In this document: positions 58,046 to 64,000 of the stretch, in pieces
Layout: the number at the start of each line of letters is the position of its first letter
Numbering within the stretch: position 1 is the first letter of the stretch
NCBI GenBank assembly: GCA_964468805.1
Contig: CAYXWM010000002.1
Coordinates: 25,270-89,269 of the forward strand
DNA from: an uncultured Defluviitaleaceae bacterium
GTDB lineage: Bacteria > Bacillota > Clostridia > Lachnospirales > WRBF01
Length of the DNA: 64,000 bases
Direction of reading: 5' to 3'
Notes under the pieces: generated by a model
Databases searched by the model: none
What the model saw: only the letters and a program-made list of their open reading frames with translations
What the model was told of the DNA's origin: nothing
Translations under genes and position numbers: made by a program

Positions 58046-59176
58046 ATGCCAAAAGTCAATATGTCTGAAAGGATCAAAACGCAGAACAGGAAATTGATTT
58101 ATCAATTTATTCGCAATAATGAACCTGTCTCCAAACAGGACATTGTTGTGGGGCTTGGTCTGAGCCTACCCACCGTTACGCAAAACATTCAGTTTTTAGA
58201 GAAACGCAATCTGATTGATACCTCCAAATCAAAAAAAACCGGAGGGCGAGATGCTACCGCCTATTGCTATAAGAGAGACGGCAGGCAAGCAATCGGTGTG
58301 TACATTACCGGAAACCACATTAATGTAGTTGCTGTGGATTTATCCGGAACGGTAATCTATATAAACAGAGAGCGTATAAAATTCGACTTGGATGACGACG
58401 ATTATTTGAGAAAACTGGGCGACATGGTTGAAGAAGTGAAACAAAATGCAATTATAAGCGATAACAATTTTTTGGGTGTGGGAATAGCCGTTCCGGGGAT
58501 TTTATCCGATGACCGGGAAAAGGTTCTCTATGGCTTGACATATAGCTTTTCAGGTAAAACACGAGAAGAAATATCTAAATATATACCCTACCGCACTAAG
58601 ATTTTCCACGATTCCTTTGTTTCGGGATTTGCGGAAGTCTGGATTGATTCCCATATACAGAACGCAGTATATATCAGCCTAAACAACAGCATTGGGGGTT
58701 CGGTAATCATCAATAAACATATTTATTTCGGTGATGCAAACCGTTCCGGAGAAGTGGGGCATATGACTCTGGTACACGAAGGAGGTAAACCCTGCTATTG
58801 CGGAAAACACGGTTGCTTTGATACCCTATGCAATGCCGGGATTCTGGACAGTTATACTAACGGAAATTTGGCGGAGTTCTTCCGTTTATTAAAAGAAAAT
58901 GACCAAACTGCAAAGAAAATTTGGGATGAGTATTTGGATTACCTTTCTCTGGCGATTCACAACATACGTATGCTTTTTGATTGTTCTGTAATAATCGGGG
59001 GCTATGTGGGCGCTTATATAGAAAATTACATGGAAGAACTTTATGCCAGAGTTGACGAAAGAAACCTTTTCGGAGATTCTTCAAGAAACTTTGTAATGCC
59101 CTGCAAGTACAAAATCGAATCTACCGCCGCCGGTGGAGCTATACAGTTGATAGTTGAATTTATCAACAGTATTTAA
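58046..59176 (+). CDS. ROK-family transcriptional repressor (XylR/NagC-like)
   Basis: N-terminal wHTH (NRKLIYQFIRNNEPVSKQDIVVGLGLSLPTVTQNIQFLEKRNLI) and a ROK domain with the Cys motif GHM..V..GG..CYCGKHGC. ATG 58046 after aaaaggagag. Confidence 0.85.
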   Translation: MPKVNMSERIKTQNRKLIYQFIRNNEPVSKQDIVVGLGLSLPTVTQNIQFLEKRNLIDTSKSKKTGGRDATAYCYKRDGRQAIGVYITGNHINVVAVDLSGTVIYINRERIKFDLDDDDYLRKLGDMVEEVKQNAIISDNNFLGVGIAVPGILSDDREKVLYGLTYSFSGKTREEISKYIPYRTKIFHDSFVSGFAEVWIDSHIQNAVYISLNNSIGGSVIINKHIYFGDANRSGEVGHMTLVHEGGKPCYCGKHGCFDTLCNAGILDSYTNGNLAEFFRLLKENDQTAKKIWDEYLDYLSLAIHNIRMLFDCSVIIGGYVGAYIENYMEELYARVDERNLFGDSSRNFVMPCKYKIESTAAGGAIQLIVEFINSI

Positions 59177-59368
59177 CTTATGAACGGTTGTAACCGGAGG
59201 TAAGCATAAATAATGTGATCGGTTGATACTGAAAAATATACAGTAACAAAGATGCATCCATGGGTTTCAGTCCCGGTAATGTAAACGATTTCATATGCGT
59301 AATTTACCTAATTATATACATACCGGAATTAATAGCTGTAAAGAAATTTAAATCAATCAATCTAAACG

Positions 59369-59405
59369 CGAGGCAATTAATTAAATTTTGCCTCGTGTTT
59401 TTTTG
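59369..59405 (+). terminator. Rho-independent terminator, plus strand
   Basis: CGAGGCAA ttaattaaatt TTGCCTCG followed by TGTTTTTTT. Confidence 0.65.
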
Positions 59406-59410
59406 TACAA

Positions 59411-59448
59411 ATAAAAAGGACATTGCTTAGTTTTCTAAACAATGTCCT
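59411..59448 (-). terminator. Rho-independent terminator, minus strand (downstream of the mupG-like gene and B8)
   Basis: The minus strand reads AGGACATTG ...14 nt... CAATGTCCT followed by TTTTTATTT. Confidence 0.6.
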
Positions 59449-59551
59449 CTTTGCTAAATTCACTTAAAGCCCAATTATACCCATAATGAATTTTCTCTTT
59501 AACCCTTACTGAATAAGTCTTTAAACAAAGGGTACTATGATTAATAAGAAG

Positions 59552-59649
59552 TATATTGATTCCATTTTAAACAAAGGACAAAAATAGTTGATTTTTTCCA
59601 ACGGTTCAAGCAAAAATTATTTTGTCTTAATCTTATATGGAAAAGTATA
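59552..59649 (-). repeat. Family B repeat, copy B8 (degenerate)
   Basis: TATATTGATTCCATTTTAAACAAAGGACAAAAATAGTTGATTTTTTCCAACGGTTCAAGCAAAAATTATTTTGTC...TATGGAAAAGTATA. Confidence 0.75.
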
Positions 59650-59670
59650 AACTCCTGTTTATTGCTTTAA

Positions 59671-60717
59671 TTACATTATGGGTTCTACAGGCATTAACTT
59701 TTGCCCGTTGTGTGTTGATTTTATAAGGTGGAGGTATTCTTTTTGAACTTCACCTATAACATTTATATTCTCATTTGGAGGTAGGTCTGACTTGACCAGC
59801 TGAATTTCACCGGAATACCTTTTATAACCTATGTTATCTATGGTTACGGTTCCTATTTTTCTTTCAATGCAGTTTTCCGGCTCTATGGTTTTTCCGAAGC
59901 AACTGTATTCACGGCTTTCTTGAAACCTGGCTATCCAAGCAGGGCTGTCTGCTCTTACGGTAAATATTTTGTTGTAAAGATATTTATAGTTTTTGTGTAA
60001 AACCATGGGAACGGAGATAATTCCGGTATTAATATATTCGCCTATGAGATTATTCTGTTTTTGGGATATACCGTTGTCTCCAACCAAAACACCGTCTACG
60101 GAAAAGTTTTTAATCAGGTCTGTGTATGCCGCATATGGCGGAATATTTCTGTGCATTTCCAGGGTGGGCAATCCCTTAAAGATAGGCCCTCGTAAATGTT
60201 CGTCTCCTTGTATAAATGCCAGAACTTTTATATTTTCGGCATTCAATCTTTTATTTATGTTTTCAAAGAAATCCGAATCAAGCCCTGTTTCCGGTCTGGG
60301 ATAAAAGTTGTGTATTGCATAAACTTCATTTCCCATAGAAGCTATTTCTTTTGCGATATTATTATCGGGAGTAGAAGCATTTACAGCTATGGGCATGAAG
60401 TTAGAAATACGTTTTATCTCATCTTCCGTAAAGCCGTAATCTATCCTTAAAACGGATAAGTTAAGCTCATTTGACAAATCAAGCACATCATCGCAACGGA
60501 ATTGTTCTAAAGTTTTTTTGGACACATCCGCAATAATCTTAAAATTGTTTTCGTTCAGCCAATTACACATTTCCTTTGCTTTAGCCGTATAATTTTCATC
60601 AAATTCTTCGCCTATATGAAGCGACGTAAAAATAAATCCGGGATTTATTTTTTTTAGATCGTTTTTCATGGTTTCAAAAGATGATAGGTATACGGAACGC
60701 CCTAAGGTATTAATCAT
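59671..60717 (-). CDS. mupG: DUF871-family protein (MupG-like 6-phospho-N-acetylmuramidase)
   Basis: MINTLGRSVYLSS...IFTSLHI is a typical DUF871 N-terminus. Divergent from murR-murQ. ATG 60717 after ggaggaaaat. Confidence 0.7.
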   Translation of the reverse strand: MINTLGRSVYLSSFETMKNDLKKINPGFIFTSLHIGEEFDENYTAKAKEMCNWLNENNFKIIADVSKKTLEQFRCDDVLDLSNELNLSVLRIDYGFTEDEIKRISNFMPIAVNASTPDNNIAKEIASMGNEVYAIHNFYPRPETGLDSDFFENINKRLNAENIKVLAFIQGDEHLRGPIFKGLPTLEMHRNIPPYAAYTDLIKNFSVDGVLVGDNGISQKQNNLIGEYINTGIISVPMVLHKNYKYLYNKIFTVRADSPAWIARFQESREYSCFGKTIEPENCIERKIGTVTIDNIGYKRYSGEIQLVKSDLPPNENINVIGEVQKEYLHLIKSTHNGQKLMPVEPIM

Positions 60718-61108
60718 ATTTTCCTCCAAACTGTCATAGCGGTTTAAACTAAAATGTATAAAAATAAATTGCAATTAATCCTTAAAGCATTGACTGAATT
60801 GCAATTTATATGGTTTTATTAAAGTTAAACCGGTATAGTATAAGCTTATATTATTGATTATACCACCGGGGATTTTTAGTATCAATAATATAGAAATATT
60901 TCATGTTTCACAATTATCACGATAATATATATAAATACCACAGTTATAATCAAATATTTTTGTGCAACCTGCCGGGCTTAATTTCAAGTTATGAAACTTT
61001 GTTTCACAATTTACTCTTTGTATTGAAAATTTTGTTTCTTTACTTTAAAATGCACACTACGTATTAAATTCTAAGTGAAGTTTTGTGATTTATTCCGGGA
61101 GGAGAAAT

Positions 61109-61951
61109 ATGAAGGGTGTTTTGGCAAGGCTTAACGAATATAAAAGAAGTGCAAGCCCTACAGAAATTTCCATAATAAATTATGTTTTGGAAAACCACGA
61201 ATTTATTATTAATCACAATATTCATAAACTTTCTGATATAACGTTTTCTTCTCCCGCATCGGTTATTAGGCTCTGTAAAAAACTGGGCTTTGAGGGTTAC
61301 AAAGATTTCAGGAAAGCTATGATTTATGAGTTCGCTTTACTGAAACAAAAGAAATCCATAGAAAAAAAGGAACTGGCTCGCCATGACAGTTTAGAAGATA
61401 TAATAGAAAAAATAACTTACAAAAACATAGTTTGCCTTGAAAATACAAAGAATTTAATTGATATGAAAGTTTTACAAAGCTGTATTGAGCATATTATTAA
61501 TTGCAGAAATCTGTGTCTATTCGGAATAGGCTCTTCTTTGCTGGTAGCAAAAGACGCACATTTGAAATTTTTAAGGCTTAACAAACCTTGCCTTGTTTAT
61601 GATGATTGGCATGTACAGTTACTTCATGCCAGACATATGAGCAAAGAGGATTTAGCCATAATCATTACCTATTCCGGGCAAACTGTAGAAATGATAGAAT
61701 GCGCCAAAGCTATAAAAGAAAAGGGTGCAACTATTATAACCATTACCAAATACGGTAATACAGCGATTTCTGAATACAGCGATTTACCCCTTTATGTTGC
61801 GGCAAGCGAATCTACCTTCAGAAGCGGTGCAATGGAATCCAGAATATCTCAATTAAATATAATTGATATAATTTATACGGCTTTTGCCAATAACAGATAT
61901 GAGTATGCTTTAGAACAAATATCAAAAACTCATATTCATAAACCAAAATAA
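61109..61951 (+). CDS. murR: MurR/RpiR-family transcriptional regulator (HTH_6 + SIS)
   Basis: N-terminal HTH (ISIINYVLENHEFIINHNIHKLSDITFSSPASVIRLCKKLGFEGYKDFR) and a SIS domain (LFGIGSS...ITYSGQT). Confidence 0.85.
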   Translation: MKGVLARLNEYKRSASPTEISIINYVLENHEFIINHNIHKLSDITFSSPASVIRLCKKLGFEGYKDFRKAMIYEFALLKQKKSIEKKELARHDSLEDIIEKITYKNIVCLENTKNLIDMKVLQSCIEHIINCRNLCLFGIGSSLLVAKDAHLKFLRLNKPCLVYDDWHVQLLHARHMSKEDLAIIITYSGQTVEMIECAKAIKEKGATIITITKYGNTAISEYSDLPLYVAASESTFRSGAMESRISQLNIIDIIYTAFANNRYEYALEQISKTHIHKPK

Positions 61952-61987
61952 ATATTTGGATTAAATATAAATAAATCGGAGGTATAA

Positions 61988-62896
61988 ATGATTAATTTAA
62001 AAGGAATGTCCACAGAAACTCAAAATGAACTTACAAAAAATCTCGACTCCATGAGTTCCTTGGAAATAGTTACTGTTATGAATCAAGAAGACAAAAAAGT
62101 ACCTTTGGCAGTGGAAAAGGTGTTACCTCAAATAGCAAAAGCGGTAGACATGGTTTCGAACTCCTTTAAATCCGGAGGCAGACTGATTTATATGGGTGCC
62201 GGTACAAGCGGAAGATTGGGCGTATTGGATGCTGTTGAATGTCCTCCTACTTTTGGTGTATCAAGTGACCTTGTAGTAGGACTGATAGCCGGCGGAGACA
62301 ATGCCTTTTTAAAAGCTGTTGAGGGTGCGGAGGACAGTACAGAACTGGGCGTAGCCGATTTAAAAAATATAGATTTAAAATCCAACGATACAGTTATCGG
62401 CATTGCAGCCAGCGGAAGAACCCCTTATGTTAAAGCCGCTTTGTTATATGCTAAATCAGTGGGCTGTAATACAGTCTCCATAGCTTGTAATGAAAATTCG
62501 GAAATTGGTGAATGTGCGGAAGTAAAGATAGAAGTTGTTCCCGGAGCGGAAGTTTTAACCGGTTCCACAAGACTGAAAGCCGGAACAGCACAAAAAATGG
62601 TTCTTAATATGATTTCCACAGCCGCTATGGTTACCGTAGGAAAGGTATATAAAAATCTTATGGTGGATGTACAACAAACAAACGACAAACTCAGAGTCAG
62701 AGCAGAAAATATAATAATGTCCGCTACAGATGTTGAAAGAGAAGTAGCAAAGGAAAAAATTAAAGAAGCCGACGGAAGCGTTAAACTGGCAATAACCATG
62801 ATACTTCTAAACTGTGATTTAAAAACAGCAAAAGATAAGTTGGACAGTGTCGGCGGTCATATCAGAAAGGCTATAGAACAAAAGAGAGAAATATAA
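61988..62896 (+). CDS. murQ: N-acetylmuramic acid 6-phosphate etherase
   Basis: GRLIYMGAGTSGRLGVLDAVECPPTFG, GIAASGRTPYV and LTGSTRLKAGTAQK motifs. Confidence 0.9.
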   Translation: MINLKGMSTETQNELTKNLDSMSSLEIVTVMNQEDKKVPLAVEKVLPQIAKAVDMVSNSFKSGGRLIYMGAGTSGRLGVLDAVECPPTFGVSSDLVVGLIAGGDNAFLKAVEGAEDSTELGVADLKNIDLKSNDTVIGIAASGRTPYVKAALLYAKSVGCNTVSIACNENSEIGECAEVKIEVVPGAEVLTGSTRLKAGTAQKMVLNMISTAAMVTVGKVYKNLMVDVQQTNDKLRVRAENIIMSATDVEREVAKEKIKEADGSVKLAITMILLNCDLKTAKDKLDSVGGHIRKAIEQKREI

Positions 62897-62958
62897 AACA
62901 ATGGGGCATACTGTAAAATAATATATACTAATAACCATATATTATTTTATGAAATAAA

Positions 62959-63094
62959 TATACTTAATTGCATAAGGAAACGTAATAAAAGCTTTTATTC
63001 GTAAAGGGTTCGCTGCTGCGATTTTTATGAAAAAACAGCGGTGGCTTGCCGGTACGAATATATGCTTTTGTTACTGCTTAACCGGCAATTAAGT
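62959..63094 (+). repeat. Family A repeat, copy A5 (between murQ and the PTS EIIBC gene); the most diverged copy
   Basis: TATACTTAATTGCATAAGGAAACGTAATAAAAGC...TGCTTTTGTTACTGCTTAACCGGCAATTAAGTA. Confidence 0.85.
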
Positions 63095-63120
63095 AAAGAC
63101 TTCAGAAAGAGGTGTTAATT

Positions 63121-64000
63121 TTGACAAATCAAGAGTTATGCAACCTGTTAGTTGAAGCTTGCGGCGGAAAAGAAAACTTTGAATCCGCAACAAATTGTAT
63201 GACCAGATTAAGAGTCAAGCTGAAAGACAAACAAAAGGCCGATTTGGACAAATTAAAAGGAATTGAAGGCGTTTTGGGTGTTGTTGACGACGTAACAACT
63301 CAAATCGTTGTGGGTCCCGGTAAGGCCAAAAAGCTTTGCGATGTACTTGTTGAAGATTTCGGCATAGTAAGAGATTCCGGCGGAGTTACAGATGACTGGA
63401 AAGAAAACAAGGAAAGCTTAAAAAGCACACAAAAAGAAAGTGCAATTAAAAATGCACTTCGTACCATAGGCGAAATATTTATTCCGCTTATACCGGCTAT
63501 TATAGCGGCAGGTATTTTTAACGGATTTTCCGGTCTTATAGGAACCATGCAAAACACCGGCGGTTTAGCTGCCGACAGTGCCTTCTGGACCTTATTGAAA
63601 AATATGTTCGGGCTTATAGGCGGAGCTTTCTTATCGTACTTTGCAATATTTACCGGCGTTAACGCCGCCCGTAAATTCGGTGCCACAGAAGCCTTGGGCG
63701 GTATGATAGGTGCCATATCCATAATGACTCAAATTAATCCGCTTTCCGAAATGTTCGGCTTATACAACGCCGCTACACCCCTTAAATCTATCCTTACTAC
63801 CGGTAAGGGCGGTATTATCGGCGTGGTTATAGGTGTTTGGGTACTTGCCAAGGTTGAGCGTTATGTAAGAAAAAATACACCCGATGTTCTTGATTTAATT
63901 GTTACACCCATAGTAAGTTTGCTTGTTGTTTCTGTATTGTTTGTTTTCGCTATTATGCCGGCTTCCGGTTTTATTTCCGATTGGTTGGTTTCCGGTTTAA
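63121..64000 (+). CDS. murP: PTS EIIBC component, sucrose/beta-glucoside/MurP family (3' end outside the window). Absent from the supplied ORF track.
   Basis: TTG 63121 lies 6 nt after aagaggtg. I translated the frame by hand and it is open to nt 64000. EIIB motif ATNCMTRLRV, then EIIC TM segments (IFIPLIPAIIAAGIF..., FTGVNAARKFG). Confidence 0.8.
   Translation, partial: MTNQELCNLLVEACGGKENFESATNCMTRLRVKLKDKQKADLDKLKGIEGVLGVVDDVTTQIVVGPGKAKKLCDVLVEDFGIVRDSGGVTDDWKENKESLKSTQKESAIKNALRTIGEIFIPLIPAIIAAGIFNGFSGLIGTMQNTGGLAADSAFWTLLKNMFGLIGGAFLSYFAIFTGVNAARKFGATEALGGMIGAISIMTQINPLSEMFGLYNAATPLKSILTTGKGGIIGVVIGVWVLAKVERYVRKNTPDVLDLIVTPIVSLLVVSVLFVFAIMPASGFISDWLVSGL

Noticed and set aside
63061-63094. 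RAT-like sequence in the right arm of family A (TTGTTACTGCTTAACCGGCAATT in A5, directly upstream of a beta-glucoside-family PTS gene)
   Set aside because: Only the TTGTTACTG half matches the RAT consensus. The CAGGCA half is not conserved across copies (ACCGGAAA, ACTCGAAA, ACCGGCAA), and no overlapping terminator follows. I treat the match as coincidental unless binding is shown.
63300-63722. 140-aa minus-strand ORF
   Set aside because: It is antisense to the PTS EIIBC reading frame, which carries the NCMTRLR EIIB motif and EIIC helices. The listed ORF has no RBS and low-complexity content.

Overview
This window looks like low-GC Firmicutes (Clostridia-like) chromosome. The assignment rests on gene content, AGGAGG-type ribosome-binding sites, frequent TTG/GTG starts and a BclA-like exosporium collagen gene. 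Most of it is carbohydrate and anaerobic catabolism. In order:

- **1-6392:** the 3' part of a glycyl-radical eliminase gene, followed by a TSUP/TauE-like membrane protein, an iron alcohol dehydrogenase and a DASS-type anion permease.
- **6740-13644:** an accessory-looking patch with a large serine recombinase, two collagen-like genes, a small Cys-rich ORF and a surface protein.
- **13827-16441:** a YtrA-type GntR/ABC/DUF2807 operon.
- **16872-19420:** ychF, then a zeta-toxin-domain kinase.
- **19549-32940:** a LacI-controlled minus-strand sugar locus. It holds an ABC importer, FucU, a DUF4432 epimerase-like protein, two paralogous PMI-like cupin proteins, an FGGY kinase, UlaE-like and AraD-like epimerases, and a Gfo/Idh/MocA oxidoreductase.
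- **33174-36316:** a WYL/YafY regulator with GyrI-like and other small genes.
- **36537-43864:** ptsH-ptsI-BglG/GlcT-type antiterminator-EIIA-EIICB-nagB-nagA, preceded by a RAT/terminator switch.
- **45321-59176:** a second minus-strand rare-sugar or polyol locus. It holds an ABC importer, a D-psicose/D-tagatose 3-epimerase-family enzyme, an FGGY kinase, two Zn-ADHs, an SDR, a PfkB kinase and a class II aldolase, with a ROK regulator.
- **59671-64000:** a MurNAc recycling locus (DUF871/MupG-like, MurR, MurQ) and a PTS EIIBC gene with a TTG start that runs off the window and is absent from the ORF track.

The most unusual signal is not a gene. Two families of long palindromic intergenic repeats occupy 16 loci, about 1.6 kb in total. 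Family A is about 136 bp and family B about 102 bp, and their terminal motifs are related (TATACTTAATT / TATACTAATT). Several copies sit inside operons, and one is nested in the loop of a terminator hairpin. All five full A copies point the same way as local transcription. No rRNA, tRNA or CRISPR array was recognised.
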